From: Pelagomonas calceolata
Lineage: Eukaryota
Assembly (NCBI GenBank): GCA_918797485.1
Contig: CAKKNE010000003.1
Span: forward strand, 1,364,001-1,428,000
Reading direction: 5' to 3'
Length of the DNA: 64,000 nt
The notes beneath the pieces were generated by a model. That model was given only the letters and a program-made list of their open reading frames with translations. It ran no database searches and was not told the origin of the DNA. How positions within the stretch are numbered: the first letter of the stretch is position 1; each line of letters starts with the position of its first letter. Made by a program: the position numbers and the translations under genes. This document shows positions 53,562 through 64,000 of this stretch, one piece after another.

Positions 53562-53879
53562 CTAGAAGTCGAAGTCGTCCTGCGGCACGGCGGCCTTGAG
53601 CAGGTCGACGAAGATGAAGATCCACAGCGCGGCGATCGCGACGGGGAGCACCGACGCGCCGAACGAATCAGGGGGCGTCACGAGGCCCGCGAGCGGCAGC
53701 GCGACGCCGAGCGGCAGCGTCAGCCGGATGTTCTTCTCGGACCAGACCTCCATCGACATGGCCGGCGGCGCGACCCTTTGGCTGCGCGCCGACATGAGCG
53801 CGGCGCCCGAGGCCTTCGGCGCGAACGCCGCGACCGACGCGACGCACAGCGCGGCGGCGACGAGGGTGGCGGGCTTCAT
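53562..53879 (-). CDS. Small plastid-targeted membrane protein
   Basis: Bipartite leader with VAA-FAP cleavage motif, transit-like region, two short hydrophobic segments. Confidence 0.6.
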   Translation of the reverse strand: MKPATLVAAALCVASVAAFAPKASGAALMSARSQRVAPPAMSMEVWSEKNIRLTLPLGVALPLAGLVTPPDSFGASVLPVAIAALWIFIFVDLLKAAVPQDDFDF

Positions 53880-54582
53880 CCTTTCTTACCTGTGTGGAGG
53901 AGGCGGTGAATTTCTGCCTGGCGGCTCGACGGTCGATCGGCAGCTGGCGGCGGATAAGCCAGCTGGCGGAGCGGCGGGTCAGCGTCCGTGCCGGCTGTTG
54001 CTAGGTCTCGGCGGCGGCCTCTCGGCGGCAAGTCCTTGCGCGCTTAGCCCACGGCTCGGCGCGGCAAGTCAAAGCTCGGCGAGTTGCGGCATAGCCAATC
54101 TACAGCTACGGCGCGCGGCTTCGCATCGCAGAACTCGCTCCAGCCATGGCGGCGTCGTCAATCCTCCTCGTCAGGCTGTCGTAACGCTGTCGGCTTGCTT
54201 AGACGCGGTTTTGCTGACCAATTTGCTACCTTGCTAATGCGATCAAGCTGGTGAGCTAACGGACCGCGCAATTCCCCCGTTCGACAGAAACCCTTTGGGC
54301 GACCTCAGTCATCGTCGCACCCGGTCCGCACCGCTCTTCCTTTGTTGGACAGCTCGATTCGACCACGTTTCCCATATCAGTCCAAAATCCGCCAAAGCAA
54401 AGAAAACCTCCACCAGAACCCCCTCCCGGCCGACCATTCCCGGCGCCGAGGGCTCCGAGGAACGCTCCCGAGGCCTGCAAAAAGACGGACACTAGCGCGC
54501 CAGGCTAGTGGAGCCCGCAGACATAGCGCCTCGCAGAGGGCAGCCGCAAAAGCCGCCCCAGCCACCACACCAGCCACAAAGG

Positions 54583-55263
54583 ATGTACGCCGGCTACAAC
54601 CAGTACGAGCTCAAGGGCGTGCGCATCGGCAACTGGGTCGACGAGGCCGCTCTGCTCGAGGCCACGGGGCATAATAGAGGCCCGCGCCCCGGCGAACCGG
54701 ACTTCGGCATCGATAACCCCGAGAGAGTCATCGGCGCGCCCGGCGCCACGCACCCGAAGGACTGGCAGTCGGACTACCAGGCGGGATTTATTGATCACAC
54801 GGGCCGCGACAACTACCGGCCGATGCCCGACCATGGACAAAGGGAAGCCTTGCGACGACAGGCCGTCGCGAAGCGCGTCGAGGAGGAGATGGCCGCCGAA
54901 GAAATGGAAGAAACGAGGCGAAGGGACTCCTTTGCTGGCATGGAAACGGTGGCCCAGGCCTCGTACCAGAAGGCTTCGACCCAGACCTACATCGACGCGC
55001 GGAATGCGGTGCGACCGAAGAAGGCCAAAGCGCCAGGCTTGCCCTGGGAGGAGTTCGCGGCCAAGAGCGTGTTTGATGACGTCGCGACGACGATCTATGA
55101 AGATGCAGTGGAGCTCGGGAAAGCGCACCACTTTGTGGGTGCGGGCCACCTGGATTCGGCGTCGGGCTCCTTCGGCAAGAACACGTCCTTCACGGCGGAC
55201 ATCCACGACCCCGTCAAGGGCCACGCCGACCCGACGCGCGACGACGAGTCGCTCTGCGCCTAG
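54583..55263 (+). CDS. Probable ciliary microtubule inner protein (GNW.E motif family)
   Basis: N-terminal GVRIGNWVDE resembles NWE-motif MIPs. Confidence 0.5.
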   Translation: MYAGYNQYELKGVRIGNWVDEAALLEATGHNRGPRPGEPDFGIDNPERVIGAPGATHPKDWQSDYQAGFIDHTGRDNYRPMPDHGQREALRRQAVAKRVEEEMAAEEMEETRRRDSFAGMETVAQASYQKASTQTYIDARNAVRPKKAKAPGLPWEEFAAKSVFDDVATTIYEDAVELGKAHHFVGAGHLDSASGSFGKNTSFTADIHDPVKGHADPTRDDESLCA

Positions 55264-55442
55264 GCTTGCTGCGCGTAACTATCAAGATATCGTCGCGTCG
55301 ATGGCGTTGGGGTACTAATATACTACTATAGACAAGATTAACACATATCGCGTCGCGTCGACGGCGTGGGGAATGACACGCTCGCGGTGTCGCGATGGCC
55401 GGGCCCAACCTCCACGCCGCGTCGACGGCGCCTGACGCCAAC

Positions 55443-56540
55443 TCACGCGCGCCCCAGTACGGTGTCGAAGAACGCCCTCAGGAACGCGTCGCCGTCGACG
55501 TCCACGAGCACCGTCGCCCGCGGCTTTTGGAAACCGGTCACGTCGCCCGTGCGGTCGTCGACGATGCCCTCCTTCGCTAATTGTCTCCTATCCACAAGTG
55601 AGTGGCCGTTCGAGGGATGCAGGGGCTCCGTGACCATGATCTCCACAGGCTCAACACGCGTGCCGTTCGCATACAAAGAAGGATGCAGCAGATACGCGAC
55701 GGGGTGCGCGTCGTGCACCGCAGCATGAGCGCCGCAGAACTTCAAAACCTGGCAGTAGTTCGTCGTGTACCGGCGCCAGGCCTCTGCTAGCAAGGAACCG
55801 CCAATGCCAGCCTTTGTCAACTGTTGCATCTGTTGCACCGTGGCCATGGCCCGCATCGTCACGTCGAGCGGCGCTATGACCAATCGCTCTCCATCCTCCG
55901 ACGAGAAGGCGTCGACGACGACCTTGGCCGCTCTTGAATCGTGGGCGAAGTTCGCCTCGGCTAACGGCGAGACGTTGCCCGGGTGGTCGACGGCGCCGCC
56001 CATAATTAGTACTTGTTTCACTAGTTCTGGGAGTTGAGGCTCCAAGACAACGGCTAATGCTAGATTCGTGGCCGGCGACGTGACGATGATCGTGACCTCG
56101 CCCGGTCTCTCTCTAACTGTCTGCGCGATGAACTCCGCGGAACTCAGGCTTTCGTCGACGTCTCGGTCGCACGTCACTACATCCGCCTCTCCATCAAGAG
56201 GTGGGACGTCCCCGAGGCCGTCCGCGCCGTGGATGTACTTGCCATCGTCGTCGTTCGGCGCCCAATTCCCGAACGCGACTCTACTACCAACGTGCACGGG
56301 CACGCACGGCGCGCCCGCCGCCCTTAATAATCGCTTCGCGTTCGCTGCGGTCTGCCTGACGTCGCCGTGGCAGCCGAAGGACGAGGCGATGCCCAGCAGC
56401 TCGATCGACGGCGAGCGCAGCAGCCACAGCAATGCCGCGGCGTCGTCGATGCCGACGTCGGCGACGAGCACGACGGGAATTTTTTCGGCACTGACGGCTG
56501 TGACTGCTGTGACGCATGCCAGAGCGAGGCCTTTAAGCAT
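55443..56540 (-). CDS. Inosine-uridine preferring nucleoside hydrolase with signal peptide
   Basis: DVGIDDAAAL, HGADGLGD, PATNLALA, MGG..GNVSPLAEANF..D, HDA. The stop lies inside a GTGAGT donor-like site, so the C-terminus is uncertain. Confidence 0.92.
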   Translation of the reverse strand: MLKGLALACVTAVTAVSAEKIPVVLVADVGIDDAAALLWLLRSPSIELLGIASSFGCHGDVRQTAANAKRLLRAAGAPCVPVHVGSRVAFGNWAPNDDDGKYIHGADGLGDVPPLDGEADVVTCDRDVDESLSSAEFIAQTVRERPGEVTIIVTSPATNLALAVVLEPQLPELVKQVLIMGGAVDHPGNVSPLAEANFAHDSRAAKVVVDAFSSEDGERLVIAPLDVTMRAMATVQQMQQLTKAGIGGSLLAEAWRRYTTNYCQVLKFCGAHAAVHDAHPVAYLLHPSLYANGTRVEPVEIMVTEPLHPSNGHSLVDRRQLAKEGIVDDRTGDVTGFQKPRATVLVDVDGDAFLRAFFDTVLGRA

Positions 56541-56886
56541 TCTGCTTAAAGCTTGCGAGCGCTGGGGTATGCAGGCGATGCCTGGACGACGGAAAGCGCG
56601 CTTAGTGCTGCGCAATGCTCTTTCGAAGGCACCGAGCTCGTGCGTGAGCTAGGCCAGTAACACACTAGCAAGCAACGCGTCGAGGCCTCCCAAGCGCTTT
56701 GCTCCCCGAGAAATCTGATTAAATATAGTTATTCGAAAACGCGCATCGAACACCCCTCCTTCCCGCGAGGGGAACACGTAGCAACCGAGCGGCGACGGCA
56801 CCCCTCCCCCCGTACTCTAGCCCCGTACTAAACGTCAGGCAACAACGGGAATGCTACGGGACAGCGTCTACAAGGAACAAACAAAA

Positions 56887-59800
56887 TTAAACATCCGTCA
56901 GGACAGGCAACCCGTCCGGCAGATACGTGTGCGTCGTCGCGTGCGACGCGTCATCAAACAACTCCTCGGCGACGGACTCCGTCGATATCCGCAGCTTCGC
57001 CTGCTTCGCCGGCCGCTCGAGCGTCTTGATCGATTCCTCCAGTAATGAAAGAGCCGACGTGATGTGCGACCGGTCCTCGACGTTCGCGTCGCGCCACTGC
57101 TTCGCGGCCTCCTTGGCCCTGACCTGCTGGCGCTCCGCGTCCCAGGCTTCATTATCTTCGTGGGCCCACACCACAAACACGTCGACGGCGCCGCGCCACG
57201 AGTCGACCTGCCCCGTGGCCCGTTCCCCGAGCTTCAGCCACGCCCGCCTCGGATAGCCGTCGCGGTACTGCGCGATCCTGACCACGCTCTTGCCCACCAC
57301 ATGTTTTTCACCCTTCTTGTCCACGGCCAGGATGGCAATTTCAAGCGTGGCCTTCGGCGAGATCTCCCGCTCTCGTATTTGTTTGCGCCCCTTGGCCTTC
57401 CACACGACCTCGGCAGCTTCGTCCGGCCTAGAGCCTCCCGAGGCACTCACCGTATCCGTGGTCAGGAAGAGGCGGTGGGCGACCCTAACCTCAGCTAGTA
57501 ACGTAAAGCCGCCCTCCTTGGCGAGGCTCGGGGGCGCTCGCACGCGCGCCGCTCGTACGACCGTGATATGTAGTGCATTCGGCGGCGCCTGCGACGCTAA
57601 AGCTTTGCGCCGTAACATGGCCTCCTTGCCCGTCGGCGGCTCGCCGCTCACACCTAGTCTCTTTGCCCACTCGGCCTCTTCATCTAAACCCATCTCGCGC
57701 GGATTCAGGCGCGGATCAAAAAACCACTTGAGTCGTAAAAGGACGCGGCCGTCGCCGATCCCTGGCTTTGCCGCGAGGCGATTCGCTGCGACGACCTTGT
57801 TGCCAGTCTTCTGGAGCTTCCCGCCTCCCGCGCCGCCGCCGCCGTCGCCGCCAGTCCGGGCGCCGCTGCCGTCGTCGCCGGTTGCGGCGCCGCCAGCCGA
57901 CGCATTTACCGATGCCGGTTCTTCGGAGAAAGCGACTTTTGAACCACGGTCGAAGGAGCTTTTCGGAGAGGCCGCGACGCGCGCGGCCTTCAATCGCTTG
58001 AGCATTGGAGAAACGGCCTTGACCTTGGCTTTAGCGATGTCCCGCGCCAGATTGCCGGGGCTCTTGGCCTGTACAGAATCAGCGGGGTGCGAGGCGGAAA
58101 ACGGCGCGTGGTTCAGCTGCTTGGCCCGGCGCTTCGTCACCACTAAACCGGACGTGAGGACGTGGAGGGCCGGGCGCTTCTTCTTCCGGCGCACGGGCGT
58201 CTTCTTCTTCGTCGATGGCGCCTTGCCGGGCGACCCCTCCTCCTGAGCAGCGGCCTTGAACGCCGCGACGACCTCCAGCTGGTCGTCGACGTGTCCCCAG
58301 CCCCTCTTCGCCCCGGCGGCCGGCGACTTCAGGGCCACCCACGTTTCAGTGTAGTCGAGGCCGTCCTTCGCCACCCCCAACAAGTCCTTGAGCAAAATGG
58401 TATGAGACCCTATCAATTGATCCTGCTCGTCGTTCGCCGCGCACGTGTCGTCGTAGACTTGTACTTTCAACGCTGCCTTCGGCGACGAGTCGAGCTGCAA
58501 CGAGGCTTCTTCATGCCACGAAGGTGTCAACGATCTTTTAATGGTCTCGGACTGCCAGACGTCGCCGGTGAGCACAAAAGTTTTTTGCCGCTTCGCTCCC
58601 GGTTCCGTGGGAGGCAACGACCGTTCTTCCCCCGCACTCAACCGACAGTAGGCGTCTCTAGATGCACCTTCATAGGCCTTCAGATCTTCGGGGTCCGCCA
58701 TGATTTCCGCCCGTACTACTACTACTTCTAGTCGGTTCGGCACGCCTCGCAGCGAAGCCACTTGAAACACGCTCTGCTTGCCCAGTTTGAAGTCGGCTTC
58801 CGTCGGCTTACTTAGTATTCTCTTAGACGGCTTCTTAGTAGGTGCTTCCACAACAACAGGTCGTGGAGCCTCGAAGTATCCATCGGCGGGCCGCGACGGG
58901 TCGAATTTCCAATCTAGGAACACCTCGACCAGGCCCCGCTCACAAATATTCAAATCGCCGGCGAATTTGCTCATCATGGACGCTTTATCTTTCGCCTGCA
59001 GCTCGAACCATCTACGATGCGGCCCCCGTCGTAGTTCCCCGATTCTTATTTGCACCTTGCCAATGAAATCATGCGACTTGACCGCGCCCAGCAGGAACCG
59101 ATCTTCGTCCTGCACAAGTAATTCTAGCATATCAGAGGCCTTGTGGCAGTTGAATACAAAACTTTGATCCCAGACCGGGTTGACCGACGAGCGAACGACT
59201 TTCGTCGATTGCGTTTGATCATTTAGTGTCAAACGACAGACGGGGTCCGACTTCGGCGTGGACAGCAACGCCCAGTCCATGGCCTTGACCTCCTTGGCGC
59301 GGATTATGCGGACGTGCAGGACGTTGGGCGGGTTTTGCTCTGGTGCGTCTGACCATGCTTCTATAAGAGTATCCTCCTCGATGCCGAACACGAGCGCCGG
59401 GTTCTGGCGCCAGCTCACGCAGAGCTGCACCCTCAGATCCTCGTTCTGCAAAACGCGCTCGCCGAAGGTGATGGCCTCCGCCTGTGTGGAAATCAAATTT
59501 TACGGCGCGTTCGTGCTGAATCGTCGCATCTACCTGCACGCCATCGACGCGACGCCTGCTCGATGGCGTGGCGATGCCGGTTCCTCACCGCTCGACGGAA
59601 CCAGCGCGGCCACGTCATCGTGCACCCGACGCGCTGGTTGGTTTCCACGCAGGCCTCCACGGAGTGCTCCAGCACCAAGGAACCGAGCAACGACGACCCG
59701 AGCACACCCTTGTCGCGCACCTCCACCAATAACTCGGCGTGGTCGTCCTCGACGTGCAGACGGACCTCCTCGTTCCACCTCCCCTCGTTATCCCAGGTTT

Positions 59801-60854
59801 TCCCGGACGTGCGGCCCGACGCGCCGTCGCATTTTAGCACGGCGAAGACGCCCTTGTTGGACCGGGGGTCGCCTATCTTGGGACCAGTAGCACCTCGCAG
59901 GAACACGGCCAGTTCGTTCAGTTTCACTGAGCGGTCCCGCTGCTCTTCCCGCTCGATCCAGCACGGCTCTCTCTGATCATTAAAGCGCCACCTTAATGAT
60001 AGTCTTATCGCTCCTTGCTGATCCAGTTGATACCAGGTGTCGGTAGAAGCGTCTAGCGAACCGACCGCGCCGAGCTCGACCCTACCTAGTAAATCGCTTC
60101 CTACCATGTCCTTGTCCCGTACCTCAATGCTGATCGGTGCCGTCCCATCTTCAACCCTCAAAGACAGGAGTTCGTCGAACACGGGATGCAGATTCTTGCT
60201 CACCACGCGACTTTGCGCGGACGCGCCGTCGCACCTTACCACGACGAAGGGGTCGGACGAGCCCTGTCCAATGAGTGAGTGGTCCGCTATTCTTAAGTTC
60301 TTGGCCCTTCTTAAAACGACGCAGAGCTCGTTGGCTCTTCGTGAACCGTCGTCCGTTTCCGGCAGCCTGGCGCGCTCGCTGAACTCGACGGCGTCATATA
60401 CAAGATGCGTCACCACTTGAATCCTACCTTTCTGTTCCCCATTGTGAGTGAGGTCGTACCATGCTTTCCTCGGTTCCCTACCTTGTATCTGTACAGTACA
60501 CGAGCACATGACGTCGTCGGCACTGAGCACGTCGGCGTCCATCACGACGAGTGAGAGCGGTTCGTCCTCATCCCTAGAAAGGAGGAAGGCCTCTCCATAA
60601 TCTGGATTCAGGTTCCTCTTCTTCGTGGTGGTGCGGGCCCGTTCGCCGCAACATTCCAACAAAACATAGGGGTCGCTGCTGTTTTTGGTGAGGAGGTTCG
60701 TGTCGACGGCCGGCAGGTCTCTCGCTCGTATAATGCGCACGTGCAGCGCGTTCGGCGGCTTGGACAGGTCGTCTGGGGCCAATGCTACTGCTGGGGCGTC
60801 CTCCGGTTCTATGACTACCGGTGCCGACGGGGGCTTGCGGAGGCAGGCGCCCAT
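56887..60854 (-). CDS. Multi-C2-domain protein with N-terminal MGAC acylation motif, 2 exons (intron ~59482-59660)
   Basis: Repeated PN.LHVRIIRA..L...D....SDP..NP.W/F..V.D.D units (about 6 C2 domains); two ORFs join in frame across the element. Confidence 0.88.
59482..59652. mobile_element. Introner element, 171 bp, same family as 34604-34805
   Basis: First ~90 bp nearly identical to the 34604 copy; right end TTGGTTTCCACGCAG; TSD GCCTCCGC (59474-59481) / GCCTCCAC (59653-59660). Confidence 0.9.
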
Positions 60855-61624
60855 CGTTGCGACTTCTGGAGTGCCTGTGGCTGCCCGTGGGCCTGGGCTG
60901 GGCTGCCCTTGGCACTTGGACCAAGGCGCTGGCTGAAACCCGACAGAAATGGGATTATCCGACGCGCGCGGCCATCTGAGGCCTGGGATTCATCAAGTAG
61001 AGGGTTGATATGTCTCAATCCCGGGTTTCAGGGAGGGGGCCACAGGGGGCCACCTACTAGGAGCTACTAGCCCTTATCCAATCCCTCGACCTTCAGCAAA
61101 CACCTAACTTGCCGTAAATAGCAGCGTCCGCCACCGCGCACTGCAAAACGCATGGGTAGACGTCGTGTCTGAGCTGCGCTGAGGCATTTTGCGAAATCGC
61201 GGCGCCGTCGGTGGCGTGAGCGGGCCAAATCCGCCACATCGCCACGGTGTGGAAGCGCTGCGCGAGCGGCGCCGCCCGCGCGTTGTGGCCACAGCCAGCC
61301 GCGCCAGGCCACGACGCCTGCACCGCGGGTCGCTGCGAGGCAAAAGCGCCGGCCCCTGTGCTGCTTGGCGCCGGTAGCGCTCGGACTTCCGTCATATCCG
61401 ATATTCAAACCAAGCAGCGAGGGCGCGCTCGTCGAAGCGAGCGCCCGTCCGTCGACGCGCGCGCGCCACAGCGGTGCCCCGCCGTCGCAGCGCGGCTCAC
61501 ACACTCCATGCCATGGCCCGCCTCGCGGTGCCGGCGGCGCTCACCCGTCGGTTCCCCACGAGCGCACGCCTTCGACGCGCGCACGCCGCAGCGGTGTGTC
61601 ACCCGGTCCGCTCCGCAGGTCAAG

Positions 61625-62456
61625 ATGCAGAAGATCATCGCCGCCCTCGCGCTCTCCGGCGCCGCGGCGTACGTCGCGCCCGTCGCGCCGAAGGCGACGT
61701 CGTCGCTCGCCGCGTCCAAGGACGAGGTGATCGCGCTCGCGGAGGCCAACCCCGATTTCCTCGGCAAGGCCATCGGCTTCTGGGACCCCCTCGGCGCCCT
61801 GGACTCGAACTTCTGGGGCCTCGGCAACGAGGGCACGATCGGCTACCTCCGCCACGCGGAGATCAAGCACGGCCGCGTTGCGATGGCCGCGTTCCTCGGC
61901 TACATGGCCGGCGCGACGGAGCTCGTCTCGGGCCCGCACAAGATCCTGCCGTACCGCGGCTTCGAGCCCGGGCTCACCCCCCCGGAGCAGTGGGACGCCA
62001 TCCCCCTCTACGGCAAGCTCCAGATCCTCGTGATCGTCGGCATGCTCGAGTCGTACGGCGAGATCCTCGCGCCCCACTACACCAAGGGCGGCCTCCCGGG
62101 CTACTACCCCCCGATCAAGGGCAAGCGCCCGGAGCTCATCTTCAACCTCTACGACCCCTTCAACTTCTTCGAGGGCGACTCCGCCGAGAAGAAGGTCCGC
62201 GCCAGCGTCCCATTGTGCTTCCTTGCTTCGCTTCCTTGCTTCGTCCGCGCGACCGGCCGCTCACCGTCGATCGTCTCCACAGGCGCGCGGGCGCCTCACC
62301 GAGGTCAACAACGGCCGCCTCGCCATGCTCGGCATCTTCTCGATCATCTCCGAGGCGACGGTCCCGGGCTCCGTCCCGGCGCTCAAGGACATGATCCCGC
62401 CGTACGACGGCAACGTCATGATCCCGTTCTCCGGCGACTTCTCCATCTTCTCCTAG
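61625..62456 (+). CDS. Fucoxanthin-chlorophyll a/c light-harvesting protein, 2 exons (intron 62195-62282)
   Basis: Plastid leader AAA-YVAP, FWDPLG, RHAEIKHGRVAMAAF, YDPF, EVNNGRLAMLG. Confidence 0.95.
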
Positions 62457-63003
62457 ATGTTTGGCCTGTGAGTGTGGGAGCGCAGGCGTCGCGCACAAAA
62501 ACTTGGTTACCCCGGCACTTACTGGCGGCGGCGTAAGGTGCGGTTTATAAACAGTAGTATCATCCGAGTCGGTCGTGGCGCGGCTACCGCGTCCGTGAGT
62601 GGGCGGGTCAACGTGCGCTCAAAGCTTCTCGTGGCGTGGGCGAGGAACCGGGGGCGCGCGGCTTCGGTTCTGAAGGCTTGGGAGAGGTCTGGTGGGGCTC
62701 CAGACGTTTAGCTTGCGCTTGCTAGTGTCTTTACTGCCGCTAGCTTAGTCTCGAGTTTGATTTTCAGGGCCGTCAATAGAGCCGCTCAGACCGCTTTGCG
62801 ACAACTGGGCCGGCTACGCAGCGCCATCGTACTGCAGGGATAGGCGCGCGCTACAGCACTACAGCTGTTCGCCCGCCGCGCGCCGCAAAAACCGCCCCCG
62901 CCATTTAGCACCTTCAGCCGCCTGGCGCGCGGACCGTCTAGCGGCGCCACAGCCTGAGACCGGTACAGAGCGCCGCGCGCACAAAAAACGCGCAAAGCAA
63001 ACC

Positions 63004-64000
63004 ATGCCCTTCGGCCAATCATCCGTCAACGCCCCGCCGACGGCCGACGCCGTCGCCGCGGCGCGCTGGGCCGGCCGCGAGGGCGTCTCGACCTCCCAAT
63101 TAAGGAACGCGTGCCCCGCCTCGGACGCGCAGACCGCCCTTGATCAATTGGAGAAGGCGCACCCCGACTGCCAGCGCGCCGTGGTCGTCGTGACGCCGGA
63201 ACGGACAAAATCAAAGCTTGGGACGTCCATCGCCGGCCGGACCATCAGACTAGTGCGGCGCCAGAAGGACAACACCGCACCATTGTACGCCGTCGCTCCT
63301 TCCAGTGAAGCATGGCCCGAGTTGTGGCGCAAGGACGCCGCGGAGGCCGCCCGGCTCCTAGAAGACGAGTCCGACGCGGGAATTGCCTTCCGCGAAGCGC
63401 GGGCGGCGCGCATCCGATGCGACGTCCAGATCTCATCAAAAACGGACTGGGCCGATCCCACGGGCGAGAAGGCCGCGAAGGCCGAGGCCGAGGCGAAGGC
63501 CGAGCGCGAAGCCGCGGAAGCGCGGCGGAAGAAGTCTTCAGCTTTACCCATTGGCTTCGGATCGAAGAAGAAGGGCCACGCGGCGCTCTTTGGTGGTTCG
63601 AAGAAAACTTCCTCGAGCAAGAAGAAGAAGCCCGCGCCCGTTGTCAATAAAAAGAAGCGGCGCATCGTCGAATCGGATGATGATGACGACGAGGAGGACG
63701 GCGATTCTGTGGAGGTCGCGTCGCCCGAGGAGGACGAGCGGCCGCCCATGGAGGAGGCGCGTCGCGGCGTCCCTTCCACGCCGTCGCAGCGACGCCAGCT
63801 CGACAGCGTCGCTCACCGGTCGCGCCCCCCGCAGGAGGAAGAAGCCCCTCCGCCGCCGAAGGAAGAGGCCAAGCCGGGCATGAAATTGGTAGAAAAAACG
63901 TACGTCGACCCGAACGGCTACTTCTGCACGCAGCAGGTCTGGGTCAAGGACGAGAGTGCGGCTACGAAGATGGAGATCAGTGCGCCGAAGGCGAAGCCCG
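63004..64000 (+). CDS. POLD3: DNA polymerase delta subunit 3 (Cdc27/Pol32)-like, 3'-partial
   Basis: Open frame from ATG 63004 to the window end (absent from the ORF track because it has no stop); KKRRIVESDDD and KLVEKTYVDPNGYFCTQQVW motif. Confidence 0.65.
   Translation, partial: MPFGQSSVNAPPTADAVAAARWAGREGVSTSQLRNACPASDAQTALDQLEKAHPDCQRAVVVVTPERTKSKLGTSIAGRTIRLVRRQKDNTAPLYAVAPSSEAWPELWRKDAAEAARLLEDESDAGIAFREARAARIRCDVQISSKTDWADPTGEKAAKAEAEAKAEREAAEARRKKSSALPIGFGSKKKGHAALFGGSKKTSSSKKKKPAPVVNKKKRRIVESDDDDDEEDGDSVEVASPEEDERPPMEEARRGVPSTPSQRRQLDSVAHRSRPPQEEEAPPPPKEEAKPGMKLVEKTYVDPNGYFCTQQVWVKDESAATKMEISAPKAKP

Overview
Gene-dense, very GC-rich eukaryotic nuclear DNA from a photosynthetic stramenopile. 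A fucoxanthin-chlorophyll LHC gene, ASAFAP-like plastid leaders, GC-AG introns and introner elements suggest a pelagophyte (Pelagomonas/Aureococcus-like); this is an inference. About 35 protein genes are supported, including RBBP5-like, DEPDC5/IML1, VPS4, DBR1, NTF2, BDP1, LSM11, RRP7, POLD3-like, PTC7, TDP2-like and LHC. The main non-gene structure is: (1) a family of 80-202 bp TIR elements with 8-bp target duplications that act as introns, with the donor taken from the duplication; (2) a bipartite intergenic motif, GCTAGCG-N2-4-GTAAGACACTAG, at 12 promoter-side intergenic regions; (3) a 13th copy of that motif split by an 830-bp TIR-less insertion with a 5-bp GTAAG duplication; (4) four dispersed copies or fragments of a MYND-RING-TPR gene family; (5) unusual multidomain fusions. 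No rRNA, tRNA or CRISPR array was seen. Coordinates and exon structures were read by eye and need RNA-seq confirmation.
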